The notes beneath the pieces were generated by a model that had not been told where the DNA came from, did no database searches, and saw only the letters and a list, made by a program, of their open reading frames with translations. From an uncultured Actinomycetes bacterium (GTDB lineage Bacteria > Actinomycetota > Acidimicrobiia > Acidimicrobiales > CAVRDY01), in NCBI GenBank assembly GCA_963719935.1, contig CAVRDY010000007.1, positions 93,810 to 157,809 on the forward strand: a stretch of 64,000 nucleotides of DNA, written 5' to 3'. A program made the position numbers and the translations under genes. The stretch's first letter is position 1. Each line of letters begins with the position of its first letter. Of the stretch, positions 19,979-29,767 are shown one piece after another.

Positions 19979-20757
19979 GGCGCCAGGCCCAGCCGGGCCT
20001 GGAGCTTGCGCATCCCCGACAGCCAGCGTTCCTCGTCGGATCCCTTGCGGGCCAGGTACTCACCGACTTCGGGATGGGGCAGCACCAGGAAGCGTTCTGT
20101 GGCCAGTGCATCCACGACCACCTCGGCCACCTCGGCCGGCTCCAGCATGCCGTCCATGCCCACCACGCCGCCGTCTGAGCCCAGCCCGGCGGTCATGTTG
20201 GTGCGCACTCCCTGGGGGCACAGGACCGACACGCGGATCCCCTGGTGGTGGTGGGTGATCGACAGCCACTCGGCGAAGGCCACCGCGCCGTGCTTGGTGA
20301 CCGAGTACGGCGCCGAACCGAGCTGGGTCAGCAGCCCCGCCGCGCTGGCGGTGGCCAGCAGGTAGCCCCGGCCCCGGGCGATCATGCCGGGCAGAACCGC
20401 CCTGGCCGCGTACACGTGGGCCATGACGTGGATCTCCCAGCTTGCCTGCCACGCCTCGTCGGGCGCGTCGGCGCCACCCCACGTGGCGATCCCGGCGTTC
20501 GAGCAGTAGAGGTCGACGGGGCCGAAGTGTTCCTCGGCGGTGGCCACGGTGGCAGCCACCGCGTCGGGCTGGCGCACGTCGCAGTGCACGGCCAGTGCCC
20601 GGGGGCCCAGGTCTGTGGCCACCGAGGTGGCGGCGTCACCGTCGATGTCGGCCACCACCACACCCCGGGCACCGTCGTCCACGAATCGCCGGACCAGGGC
20701 GGCGCCGATCCCGTGGCCGGCGCCGGTGACCACCACCACTGCATCTGCGAGCTCCAT
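19975..20757 (-). CDS. SDR family oxidoreductase
   Basis: VTGAGHGIG, NAG, YSVTK catalytic motif; leaderless start after TATGCT. Confidence 0.93.
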   Translation of the reverse strand: MELADAVVVVTGAGHGIGAALVRRFVDDGARGVVVADIDGDAATSVATDLGPRALAVHCDVRQPDAVAATVATAEEHFGPVDLYCSNAGIATWGGADAPDEAWQASWEIHVMAHVYAARAVLPGMIARGRGYLLATASAAGLLTQLGSAPYSVTKHGAVAFAEWLSITHHHQGIRVSVLCPQGVRTNMTAGLGSDGGVVGMDGMLEPAEVAEVVVDALATERFLVLPHPEVGEYLARKGSDEERWLSGMRKLQARLGLAP

Positions 20758-20800
20758 GGGGGGAGCATAGGACGACCTCGCCGGTAGCCTTCTCGGGGTC

Positions 20801-21959
20801 ATGGGAGCACTCCGCCTCGCCTTCCGGGAGATGACCCGTCGCGCCGGCCGCTTCGCGGTGCTGGCCGGTGCGGTGACGGTGCTCGTGTTCTTCCTGCTGT
20901 TCCAGCAGGGTCTGCTCTCGGGCCTGGTCACCGAGTTCGTGGGCGCCATCCGCAACCAGGACGCGGACGTTCTGGTCTACAGCGACCAGGCCCGCCAGAA
21001 CCTCCAGGCTTCGGTTGTGCCCCCTGCATTCGTGCAGGACGCAGCCGCAGTCGAGGGGGTGGCGGCCGACGGGTCCCCTGGGAGTTGGCACCTTCACGGT
21101 CGACCTCAACTCCACCGGGCCTGACGCCGGCGCACCGGTGTCTCCAGAGCGTACCGACGCCGCGCTCTTCGGCTACGAGCCCGGGCGTCCCGGTGGCCCT
21201 TCCCGCCTGGCGGCGGGACGCCTGCCGTCGGCCCCGGGCGAAGCGGTGGTGTCGGCCGACGCCGGTGCCGGATTCGCCCTGGGCGATCTGGTCGCCGTGG
21301 TGTCCGGCGGTCCCGAGATCACCATCGTCGGAACAGCCACCGAGATCAGCTTCAGCGTTCTGCCCACCCTGTTCGTGCCCTTCGACACCTACGTGGCCGC
21401 CCGTAGGGCCCAGAATCCCGACGCCCGGGAGGTTCCTCCCTCGGCGGTGGCGGTGGCCGTGGTGCCCGGCGCCGACACCGCGGCGGTGACCGCCGCCCTG
21501 GAGGACGCTCTGGTCGGATCGGATCCACTGACCCGGGCCGAGGCCGAAGCCCAGGCTCCGGGAGTCTCCGCTGTCCAGCAGTCCTTCTCGGTGATCCTCC
21601 TGCTGGGCTACGTGGTTGTGGCGGTGGTGGTCGGGTTCTTCTTCCTGATCCTGACCACCCAGAAGGCCGACCAGCTCACCTTGCTGCGCGCCCTGGGTGT
21701 TTCGGGTGGTCGACTCGTGGCCGTCGTGCTGACCCAGGTGGCGGCCGTGGTGGCCGTCGCGCTGGTCCTGGGAGGCGCCCTGGCCCTGGCAGCGCTGGGT
21801 AGTGGCAGCTCGGGCATCGACGCCAGCCTGGCCCCGGCCGAGCTGGCTGGTGCGGGCGGGCTGGTTGCGCTCTTGGCCCTCCTGGCGGCCACGGGCGCGG
21901 TACGCCGGATTCGTCGCCTCGATCCCGCCCGTGCGGTCGACCTGGATGCTTCCCTGTGA
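20801..21959 (+). CDS. ABC transporter permease (FtsX/MacB-like); frameshift near 21075
   Basis: LAFREMTRRAGRF + TM; periplasmic GRLPSAPGEAVV; FFLILTTQK..LLRALG. Confidence 0.88.
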
Positions 21960-21969
21960 AGGTGTCACG

Positions 21970-23112
21970 GTGAAGGTCCCGGTGCGCGAGCTGTTGCGCC
22001 GTCCCGGACGGTTCGCCGTGGCGGGCGTGTCCCTGGCTCTGTTGACCGTGCTGTTGCTCCTGCTGGGAGGTCTGCTGGACGGTCTGTTCCTGGGTTCCAC
22101 AGGGGCCATCCGGATCCAGGACGCCGACGTCTTCGTCTACTCCGACGACGCCCAGAAGTCGTTCCTGCGTTCGCGTGTGACCCCCGAACTGCGGGCCCAG
22201 GTGGAAGCCGTCGAGGGTGTCGAGGCCACCGGCGGTCTGGGCGTCACCCTGGTGGCAGGCCACCCGGGAGACGCGGTGGCAGGCCACCCGGGAGACGCGG
22301 TGGCAGGCCACCCGGGAGATGGCGAGGAGCTGCTCGACGTGGCCGTGCTCGGCTACGAGAAGCCCGCCGGTCCTCTCGGCGAACCACCGGCACCCGGCAC
22401 AGCGGTGGCCGACGGGGCACTGCGCGCCCAGGGCGTGGAGGTGGGCGACGTGGTGGCGGTGGGACCCACCGAGATCCCCCTCGAGGTTGTGGGCTTCGTC
22501 GACGACGCCAGCTACCTGCTCCAGCAGAGCCTCTGGGTCGAGCCCCAGACCTGGCGCCAGGTCCAGGCCGATAGCCGGCCCGACGGAGCGGTGGGCGACG
22601 AGGTGTTCCAGGTGCTGCTGGTAGAAGCCGCCGACGGTTCCGATGCCGCCGATCTGGCCGCACGCATCGACGCCGCCACGGGAGCGACCACCTCCCTGAC
22701 CCGCGACGAGGCGGTGCTCTCGCTTCCGGGCACCGCTCAGCAGAACGCCACGTTCACCGCACTGCTGGGCACGGCCTTCTTCGTCGTGGGCCTCATCACG
22801 GCTCTCTTCTTCGTGCTGCTCACCGTGGAGCGCACCCGGCTCTTCGCGGCGATCAAGGCTCTGGGCGTGCCCAGCTCCCGGCTGGTGGGCTGGTCGGTGC
22901 TCCAGGCGGTGGTGGTCGCTGCGGGGGCCTTCGTTCTGGGTCTGGCTGTGACCATGCCCCTGGCCGCCGGAATCCCCGAAGAGGTGCCACTGCGTCTGGA
23001 AGCCAGCCGGGCGGTGGTCACCGGGATCATCCTCGTCATCACCGCCGCCGTGGGCTCCCTGTTGACCCTGCGCCGCATCCTGCGAATCGACCCGGCCAGC
23101 GCCATCTCCTAG
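21970..23112 (+). CDS. ABC transporter permease (FtsX/MacB-like)
   Basis: VRELLRRPGRF + TM; LFFVLLTVERTRLFAAIKALG; RRILRIDPASAI. Confidence 0.9.
   Translation: MKVPVRELLRRPGRFAVAGVSLALLTVLLLLLGGLLDGLFLGSTGAIRIQDADVFVYSDDAQKSFLRSRVTPELRAQVEAVEGVEATGGLGVTLVAGHPGDAVAGHPGDAVAGHPGDGEELLDVAVLGYEKPAGPLGEPPAPGTAVADGALRAQGVEVGDVVAVGPTEIPLEVVGFVDDASYLLQQSLWVEPQTWRQVQADSRPDGAVGDEVFQVLLVEAADGSDAADLAARIDAATGATTSLTRDEAVLSLPGTAQQNATFTALLGTAFFVVGLITALFFVLLTVERTRLFAAIKALGVPSSRLVGWSVLQAVVVAAGAFVLGLAVTMPLAAGIPEEVPLRLEASRAVVTGIILVITAAVGSLLTLRRILRIDPASAIS
22251..22319 (+). repeat. 3x 24-nt in-frame tandem repeat (VAGHPGDA)
   Basis: GGTGGCAGGCCACCCGGGAGACGC twice plus a partial copy. Confidence 0.95.
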
Positions 23113-23120
23113 GAGGAACT

Positions 23121-23795
23121 GTGCCTGCCCTGAAGCTCAGCGACGTCCGCAAGGTGTACCCATCGGGTGACACCGAGATCGTGGCTCTCGACCACGCCGA
23201 GCTGTGCGTGGACAGGGGGGAGCTCGTGGCGTTGGTCGGCCCTTCGGGATCGGGGAAGTCCACCCTGTTGTCGATCGCCGGAGGGCTGCTTCGGCCGAGT
23301 GCCGGCCGAGTGGAGGTGGCGGGTAGCGACATCTCCGAGTTGGATAGCCGGGCCCTGACCGAGTTCCGCCGCCGCAACATCGGCTTCGTCTTCCAGGCCG
23401 TTAACCTCGTGCCCTTCCTGAGCGCCCTGGAGAACGTCCTGCTGGTACCCGACCTGACCGGTCGGGCGGGCGCGGCGACCCGCGCCCGCGGCGAAGCCCT
23501 GCTGGACGAACTGGGCCTGGCCGACCGGCGCGGGTCGCGCGCCGAGAAGCTGTCGGGTGGTGAGCGCCAGCGGGTGGCCATAGGCAGGGCCCTGGTGTTC
23601 CAGCCCGAGGTGGTGCTCTTCGACGAGCCAACCTCGGCGCTCGACACGCACCTCGGCGAGCAGGTGATGGAGCTCATCGGCCGTGAGGTCCGTGAGCGTC
23701 AGGTGGCGGGGGTGGTGGTCACGCACGACCGGCGCATGACCCACTACTGCGACCGCACCGTGGAGATCATCGACGGGGTCCTCCGCGCCGCTTGA
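23121..23795 (+). CDS. ABC transporter ATP-binding protein (LolD/HrtA-like)
   Basis: GPSGSGKST, LSGGERQRVAIGRAL, FDEPTSALD, VTHD. Confidence 0.95.
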   Translation: MPALKLSDVRKVYPSGDTEIVALDHAELCVDRGELVALVGPSGSGKSTLLSIAGGLLRPSAGRVEVAGSDISELDSRALTEFRRRNIGFVFQAVNLVPFLSALENVLLVPDLTGRAGAATRARGEALLDELGLADRRGSRAEKLSGGERQRVAIGRALVFQPEVVLFDEPTSALDTHLGEQVMELIGREVRERQVAGVVVTHDRRMTHYCDRTVEIIDGVLRAA

Positions 23796-23807
23796 GCGGT
23801 GCGCAGC

Positions 23808-24791
23808 TCAGGCCTCGGCCGCGGCCCGCATGGTGGCATCGATGACCGCCCAGCGGTCGGGACCCCAGGGCATGGGCATCACGACGGGCACGTCGACGCC
23901 GGCGTCGGAATAGGCCCGGACGGTGTCGCGCACCGTGGCGGCGTCGCCCATCACGTCGATGGCGTCGACCATGCGATCGGAGACCGCGGCCAGAGCCGCC
24001 TCGCGGTCGCCGGCTCCATGGGCGGCGCGTACCGCTTCGACCTCGTCGCCGAACCCGGCCCGGGTGAAGTTGGCCGCATAGGCGTCGACCACCACGTAGG
24101 AGAACAGATCGCGTCGGGCCGCCTCTATCCCGTCCTCCCGTTCGCACACGCCCGCGTGGACATAGGCGTAGATGGTGGCGTCGCCCCCTGCGCGAACCTG
24201 TTCCACCGACCAGGGCACGTGGGAGGCCGGCAGGTAGTTGAGCAGCACACCGTCGGCGACTTCGCCGGCCAGGCGCAACATGGCAGGGTTGAGGGCCCCG
24301 ATCACGATCTTGGGTCGGCGTTCGCCCAGCCGGACGCCCAGGCGGAACCTGCTGGCCCGGTAGAAGTCACCGTCGAAGGACACGCTCTCGCCGCTCAGGC
24401 ATTCGCGCAGCAGGGCGACGTACTCCCGGACCCGGGCCAGTGGACGTTCGCCGTAGGCGACACCGTGCCAGCGCTCGGTGACCACCGGCGAGGAGATGCC
24501 GATCCCCACGAGGATCTCGCGTTCGGGGTGGAGCGCCTGGAGGGTGGCGGCCCCCATGGCCACCACCTGGGGCGTTCGCAGCTGGAGAGCCAGGACACCC
24601 GTTCCCAGGTCCAGGCTTGGGCCGGTGGCACCTGCTGCGGCCAGGGTGGCGAACGCCTCGACCCCCACCGTCTCGGCGGTCCACCACGAGCGGTAGCCGA
24701 GCTGCTCGGCCAGGCGAACCGAGGCCAGGCCGGGGTCGAGTCCGAGGGCCTGGAAGCTGGCGAAGGTGACACCCAATGGCACGGAAGGCAT
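23808..24791 (-). CDS. LLM-class flavin/F420-dependent oxidoreductase
   Basis: AEQLGYRSWWTAE, LDLGTGV, GALNPAMLRLAGEVADG. Confidence 0.9.
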   Translation of the reverse strand: MPSVPLGVTFASFQALGLDPGLASVRLAEQLGYRSWWTAETVGVEAFATLAAAGATGPSLDLGTGVLALQLRTPQVVAMGAATLQALHPEREILVGIGISSPVVTERWHGVAYGERPLARVREYVALLRECLSGESVSFDGDFYRASRFRLGVRLGERRPKIVIGALNPAMLRLAGEVADGVLLNYLPASHVPWSVEQVRAGGDATIYAYVHAGVCEREDGIEAARRDLFSYVVVDAYAANFTRAGFGDEVEAVRAAHGAGDREAALAAVSDRMVDAIDVMGDAATVRDTVRAYSDAGVDVPVVMPMPWGPDRWAVIDATMRAAAEA

Positions 24792-24929
24792 CGACCCAAA
24801 CTAGCCCTGACCCATAAACGACACGGAAGTGCCTACTCCTCGGCGTCCGGGGTGGGTATGGTGAACGCACCCCGCAGAACTGTGGCGCCGTCACGGAATC
24901 ATGTGGGCGAGAGGAGTGTTGGAGCGAAC

Positions 24930-25136
24930 ATGGTTGCAGAGGCAGTCGCAGAAGCCCCGCTCCTGGCCGTCGGCCGTGCCGTAGCCCTCATCGACGAGGG
25001 GTTGTCGACGCTCAACCATCGCGAGTTGGTGAGCTCCGACGAGATGGCCGACCTGCTCCTCGACATCCGTATGCTGCTCGCTCCGCTGGACGCTCCGGTC
25101 GATCCCACCGTCGACCCTCCGCTGGCGATGCTCTGA
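24930..25136 (+). CDS. Small hypothetical helical protein (68 aa)
   Basis: MVAEAVAEAPLLAVGRAVALIDEGLSTLNHRELVSSDEMADLLLDIRMLL; GGAG RBS; fills the gap between genes. Confidence 0.65.
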   Translation: MVAEAVAEAPLLAVGRAVALIDEGLSTLNHRELVSSDEMADLLLDIRMLLAPLDAPVDPTVDPPLAML

Positions 25137-25157
25137 GCCTGTCGAAGGGGCCCCCGG

Positions 25158-26537
25158 TCAGGGGGCTGAGTCGACGAGCTCGGCGTAGGAGTCCACGAGG
25201 TCTTCCCTCAGCCTCTCGGGATCGGTGACCGCGCCCGTGTCCACGTGCAGTCCCATGTTCAGCATCCCCCGGTAGCTCATCATGGTCAGGTTGCAGGCGG
25301 TTCCCGACAGGGGTCCCAGCGGGTAGTTGGCCTCGAGCAGGCCTCCCGCGATGTACAGGTCGAAGGGGGCGGCCCGCACGTTCGAGGTCGTGAAGTCGAT
25401 GGCCCCGGTCTGCTGGCGCACGAAACGCACCAGGACCGACGTCGGCAACACGTTGACCAACCCGGCCACTGCCCCGATGAGCCCGATGGCCCGCTCCGAC
25501 TTGGTGGTGGTGAGCCGCTCTCGCACCGCAGCGAAGTGCTGGGCACGGTCGGCGCCGCCGGTGGGTATCACCACCCTCATGGGGGCGAAGGCGTTGCCTC
25601 CCGCGGAGCGGTCGGTGCGGAAGCTGACCGGCATGGCCATGCGCAGGTCGGCTACCTCAACACCCGCCTGGCGGTGGTAAGCGCCGGCAGCCCAGGCTGC
25701 ACCGGCCACGAAGAAGTCGTTGAGGCTCCCCCCGAGGGCCTCGGCTGCCGCCTTGGCATCGGCGAAGGGCACGTCGAGCACCTCGAAACGGCGCCGCAAG
25801 GTCCTGGTGGCCCACAACGGCGAATGGGGCCCATCGGCCACCAGCAGTTGGCGGGAGGCCGAGCGCAGCAGCTGGGTGGCGTCGTTGCCTTCCTGCCACC
25901 ACCGTTCGGGGTGCACAGCGGTGTCGGTCGCCCATCCGAGGGTGCGGGTGGCGATCCCACCGACCCTGCGGGCGCCGTGCCCCACGGTGGCCAGGGACAG
26001 CTCGATCAGATCCCGGTCCTGGGGTTCGTCCGGGGGGACGGCTACGGGTGGTGGGTCCTCGGCGTCGCGGGTCAGGTCGACCATGCGCTCGGACATGCGC
26101 ACCCCGCCCTCGCCGTCGGTGATCGTGTGGTGCATCTTCTGGACGAGTGCTCCCCGACCGTCGGGCAGCCCCTCGATCACCGCGAACTCCCAGAGGGGCC
26201 GGGTCCGATCGAAGGGGGCCTGGACGAAGAGCGCGGCCAGGTCCCTTAGGTCGGCCAGGGTTGATCCCTCGGGCAGCGCCACCCGGCGTACGTGGTAGTC
26301 GAGGTCGAGGTCGGGGTCGTCGCGCCACTCCGGTGGGGCCAGGCGACCCAGGGAGGGCACAACCCGTTGGCGCAAACGGGGGACCACCGACACCACGTGG
26401 GCCATGCGGGCCCGCAGGCGGTCCAGGTCCGGCGGGCGGTCCATGATCGTGAGGGTGGCGAAGGCCGAGCTGAGCACCGGGTCCTTCTCCAGGTTCCACA
26501 TCAGCGCTTCCACGTCGGACATGCGACCCACGGCCAC
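25158..26537 (-). CDS. Wax ester synthase/diacylglycerol acyltransferase (WS/DGAT)
   Basis: FDRTRPLWE, KMHHTITDG (HHxxxDG), TSNV, SYRG. Confidence 0.93.
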   Translation of the reverse strand: MAVGRMSDVEALMWNLEKDPVLSSAFATLTIMDRPPDLDRLRARMAHVVSVVPRLRQRVVPSLGRLAPPEWRDDPDLDLDYHVRRVALPEGSTLADLRDLAALFVQAPFDRTRPLWEFAVIEGLPDGRGALVQKMHHTITDGEGGVRMSERMVDLTRDAEDPPPVAVPPDEPQDRDLIELSLATVGHGARRVGGIATRTLGWATDTAVHPERWWQEGNDATQLLRSASRQLLVADGPHSPLWATRTLRRRFEVLDVPFADAKAAAEALGGSLNDFFVAGAAWAAGAYHRQAGVEVADLRMAMPVSFRTDRSAGGNAFAPMRVVIPTGGADRAQHFAAVRERLTTTKSERAIGLIGAVAGLVNVLPTSVLVRFVRQQTGAIDFTTSNVRAAPFDLYIAGGLLEANYPLGPLSGTACNLTMMSYRGMLNMGLHVDTGAVTDPERLREDLVDSYAELVDSAP

Positions 26538-26582
26538 GAAGGGTAGGTCAGAGAACCGGCAAGCGGGACCCCGTTGTCAGGG

Positions 26583-27116
26583 TCAGGGCGTCAGGGCGTC
26601 TGGGCGGGGCCAGGCCCGGCGCGCCGTGGCGCCCATGGCCGCACCCAGGGCCATGCCTGCCACCACGTCGGAACCGTGGTGGATCTTGACGTGGATGCGG
26701 CTGGTGGCCACCACCACCGCCAAGGCGTAGTAGGCCGGGCCCAGACGCGTTCCCTCGGAGAGGATCGAGGCGGCCAGGAAGGCCGAGGATGCGTGGCCGC
26801 TCGGGAAGCTGCTCGTGCGGGGCTGCCGCATCCGGTGGGGCCGTTCGCCCTCGTGGAGCGGACGGTTTCGCCGGAAGACCGACTTGATGGCGCCGTTGAC
26901 GACCGCCGACTCGAGGCCCATCAGTACCGCCACCCGGGCGAACGACCGGAGCGGGTCGGGTCGGCGTAGCGCGCTGACCGAGCCCAGGAGCAGCCAGATG
27001 AGGCCGAAGTCTCCCAGCTCTGTGGCGGCGTAGTAGGCACGGTCGAGCTGGGGTCGGCCCCGCAGACGATCGAAGCCGCGGTCCACCCATGTGTCGAAGC
27101 GGTCGACGGCAAGCAC
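26583..27116 (-). CDS. PAP2 family phosphatase
   Basis: KSVFRRNRP, SFPSGHA, SRIHVKIHHGSDV (the three PAP2 motifs); start approximate. Confidence 0.9.
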   Translation of the reverse strand: MLAVDRFDTWVDRGFDRLRGRPQLDRAYYAATELGDFGLIWLLLGSVSALRRPDPLRSFARVAVLMGLESAVVNGAIKSVFRRNRPLHEGERPHRMRQPRTSSFPSGHASSAFLAASILSEGTRLGPAYYALAVVVATSRIHVKIHHGSDVVAGMALGAAMGATARRAWPRPDALTP

Positions 27117-27139
27117 GGGCGGCGATGCTACTCGGGGTC

Positions 27140-27979
27140 TCAGCCGGCTTCGGCCTGCCGGGCGGCTTCGGCCTGTCGGGTGGCTTCGGCCAGTTCGGCG
27201 GCAGCCTGGGGATCGCCGCCCCATGCCGGGCAGAACTCGCGGTAGGCGCACCAGTCGCAGAGCTTGGATGTGCGGGGTCTGAAGTCGTCACGCTCGCAGG
27301 CCCGGGTGACCGCCGACCACACGGCCCGCACACGGTTCTCCAGGCCCCGGGTGCCCTGCTCTGTCGGGCGGTGCACGATCGCCACCGGATCGGAGAGGTA
27401 GAGCAGCTGCACCGCCGCCGGACGCTCGCCGAAGGCCTTCTCGCACAGGTAGCTGTACACCTGGACGCCTCCCAGGCGCTTCTGCTCGTACTGGGCGTTG
27501 GGGGCCCGGCCGGTCTTGTAGTCGGTGACCACGAGGCGGCCCTGGTCGTCGCGCTCGAGTCGGTCGATGATGCCCCGCAGCCGCACCCCTCCGACCTCGG
27601 CCTCGAGCAGGAGTTCGAGGCCCTCGGGCCGGATGGTGGTCGGATCCTCGAGCTGGAAGTAGCGCCGAACCAGCGCCTCGGCCTCGTCGAGGAAGGTGGC
27701 CTCCGCTTCGATGTCGAGGTGCAGATCGGTGTACTCGGGATCGCCGGCCATCTCGTCGGCAGCCTGGGCCAGGCATGTGAGTGCGGTGGCCAAGGTGCGC
27801 TCGGCGGGTTCGGAGGCGAAGAGGAGCTCGAGGGCGCGGTGGACCAACGTGCCCCGGGTGGCGTGGATGGAGGGCATCTCGGGAAGGCGGTCGATGACCG
27901 AGAAGCGGAAGGCCAGGGCGCAGTCGGTGAAGGCGCCGATCTTGGAGGGCGAGAGGGTGGAGGGAGGTTCCAGAGCCAT
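27140..27979 (-). CDS. RecB-family PD-(D/E)XK exonuclease with Fe-S staple cysteines (Cas4/AddB-like)
   Basis: LSPSK..DC, GTLVH, LRGIIDRL, VTDYKTG, QVY, LCDWCAYREFCP. Confidence 0.92.
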   Translation of the reverse strand: MALEPPSTLSPSKIGAFTDCALAFRFSVIDRLPEMPSIHATRGTLVHRALELLFASEPAERTLATALTCLAQAADEMAGDPEYTDLHLDIEAEATFLDEAEALVRRYFQLEDPTTIRPEGLELLLEAEVGGVRLRGIIDRLERDDQGRLVVTDYKTGRAPNAQYEQKRLGGVQVYSYLCEKAFGERPAAVQLLYLSDPVAIVHRPTEQGTRGLENRVRAVWSAVTRACERDDFRPRTSKLCDWCAYREFCPAWGGDPQAAAELAEATRQAEAARQAEAG

Positions 27980-27986
27980 CGTGGTC

Positions 27987-28012
27987 ACCATACGCGCCCC
28001 CTGTGACACTTA
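27987..28012 (-). promoter_or_regulatory. PafBC/RecA-NDp-type DNA-damage promoter TGTCAC-N10-TATGGT
   Basis: Exact TGTC-N12-TANNNT geometry, 7 nt before ATG 27979; 16-mer identical to 9847-9862. Confidence 0.75.
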
Positions 28013-28039
28013 TGGTGGAATGAGCGTGCGGGGCCGATC

Positions 28040-28741
28040 TCAGCTCGGCTCTGCCCGACCCTCGAGCTCGCAGCGCAGGCCCGCCAGCACCACGTCGAGG
28101 GCCCGGGTGAAGACCTGCGGGGGCTCGCCACCGTCGAGGTGGCTCACATATCCCTGTACTCCGGGCACCTGGTCGTCCAGCTCGCTCAGCAGGCTGTGCC
28201 AGCCGGCACGGATGCGGTCGAGGGTGGACTCCTCGCGGCCACGCAGAGCGAGCCGGCGGTTGGCCTCGAAGTGGGTGCGGGTGACCACCACCGAGGCCAG
28301 CACATCGAAGGCCTCTGAGGCCTCGTCCAGGTCGAAACCGGCCTCTACCAGGGTGCGGACCCCGTAGTCGACCAGGGGCACGGCGCTGGGCGGGAAGCGT
28401 TGGTGGGTGTAGATCTGGTCGGCCACGCCGGGGAACTCGACCAGCACGTCGTGCACCGACCAGCCGAGGGTCCGGAGCCGCTGTTCCCAACCTGTGACGG
28501 TGTCGGAGGGCAGCTTGATCTGAGCGAACACCGCGTCGGTGATGGCGTCGACCAGCTCGTCCTTGTTGGAGACGTGGTAGTAGAGCGCCATGGTGGTGAC
28601 GCCCAACTCGGGGGCCAGCTTGCGCATGCTCAAGCCCTGAAGGCCGTCACGGCGGGTGAGCGCGAGCGCAGCGTCGACGATGCGCTCACGGTCGAGACCC
28701 GGACTGTCGAGAGGTCGCCGGGCGCGGGGCGGTGGGGTCAT
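28040..28741 (-). CDS. TetR family regulator with TetR_C domain
   Basis: LDRERIVDAAL..GLSMRKLAPELGVTTMALYYHVSNKDEL. Confidence 0.93.
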   Translation of the reverse strand: MTPPPRARRPLDSPGLDRERIVDAALALTRRDGLQGLSMRKLAPELGVTTMALYYHVSNKDELVDAITDAVFAQIKLPSDTVTGWEQRLRTLGWSVHDVLVEFPGVADQIYTHQRFPPSAVPLVDYGVRTLVEAGFDLDEASEAFDVLASVVVTRTHFEANRRLALRGREESTLDRIRAGWHSLLSELDDQVPGVQGYVSHLDGGEPPQVFTRALDVVLAGLRCELEGRAEPS

Positions 28742-28875
28742 CTGTACCCTCCCTGGGTCAGCGCCCCAAGGCTAGATGGCCGGCGGGGGCGGGGAAAAGG
28801 CGCGGCGCCTTCTGATCGCGCCCGTTGGGCCCCGAGCCGACCACTACCGCAGCGCTCACGGGGCCCGACGCCCTC

Positions 28876-29721
28876 TCAGGTGGACAGAGCGGCCTGCACG
28901 GCCGCAGCCATCTCGGCGGGGGCTTCGAGGGGGCCGAAGTGACCGAGGTGGCTGTGGGCCTCGAGGCGACCGTGGGGGAGGGCGGCAACGATGGCGTCGG
29001 CCACCATCGAAGGCCCGGGGGCCAGGGCCCCGCGGGCCACCGTCACCGGGCAGCCCACCTCACCGAGGCGGCCGAAGGCGCCATGACGACCACCCATCTC
29101 GTAGACCCGGGCTTCGTGCTCGGGGGGGCACTTGAGGTGAAGGCTCCCGTCGGCTTCCTCTCGGAAGGCGCCGTCGAGGTAGGCATCGAGGGCTTCGATG
29201 CTGATCGCGCTGAGTGGAGGTTTGGACGAGAAGTTCACGAAGGCCTCGGCGCGGTCGGTGAAGCGGGCCCGGCGGCGGCGTGCGCCCGCCGCCAGCGGGT
29301 TCTCGCTCAGCACCTCGGCCAGGGCCTCGATCTCGTTCTCTTCGGGAGTGGGGAACACAACGGGTTCATAGACCCACAGGGCCTCGAAGGTGCCGGGCCG
29401 AAGCTGTTCGGCCAAGAGCAGGGCCGCTCCACCCTTGGAGTGGCCGGCCGCCACGCAGCCCGTGATGCCCAGCTCGTCCACCACGGCCAGCACGTCGTCG
29501 GCGAACCCCTCCCAGTCGAAGCGGTGGTCGTCGGGAGCGGGGGAGTCGCCGTGGCCCCGCAGGTCGGGGGCCCAGCAGTGGAACCCTTCCAGTTGCTGGG
29601 CCAGGGGCCGCCACACCAGCCCGCAGAAACCCGTGGCGTGGCACAAGAGGAGGGGCTTGCCCGTTCCGCCCAGGTCGTGGACGGCCAGGCTGATCTCGTG
29701 GGTGCTGGTCGCTCGGCGCAC
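28876..29721 (-). CDS. Alpha/beta hydrolase
   Basis: LLCHATGF, DLRGHG, GHSKGG, GHFGPLE; it is the C-terminal part of the spurious 977-aa ORF. Confidence 0.88.
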   Translation of the reverse strand: MRRATSTHEISLAVHDLGGTGKPLLLCHATGFCGLVWRPLAQQLEGFHCWAPDLRGHGDSPAPDDHRFDWEGFADDVLAVVDELGITGCVAAGHSKGGAALLLAEQLRPGTFEALWVYEPVVFPTPEENEIEALAEVLSENPLAAGARRRRARFTDRAEAFVNFSSKPPLSAISIEALDAYLDGAFREEADGSLHLKCPPEHEARVYEMGGRHGAFGRLGEVGCPVTVARGALAPGPSMVADAIVAALPHGRLEAHSHLGHFGPLEAPAEMAAAVQAALST

Positions 29722-29767
29722 GCCGCATCCTGTCAGCCGCCCGCCCACCCGGTCTAGCTTGGATGGG

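Noticed and set aside
24925-24938. CGAACATGGTTGCA as a LexA box
   Set aside because: The right half-site does not match GTTCG.
27140-27979. Cas4-like nuclease as evidence for CRISPR-Cas
   Set aside because: No cas1/cas2 and no repeat-spacer array in the window; solo RecB-family nucleases are common in actinobacteria.
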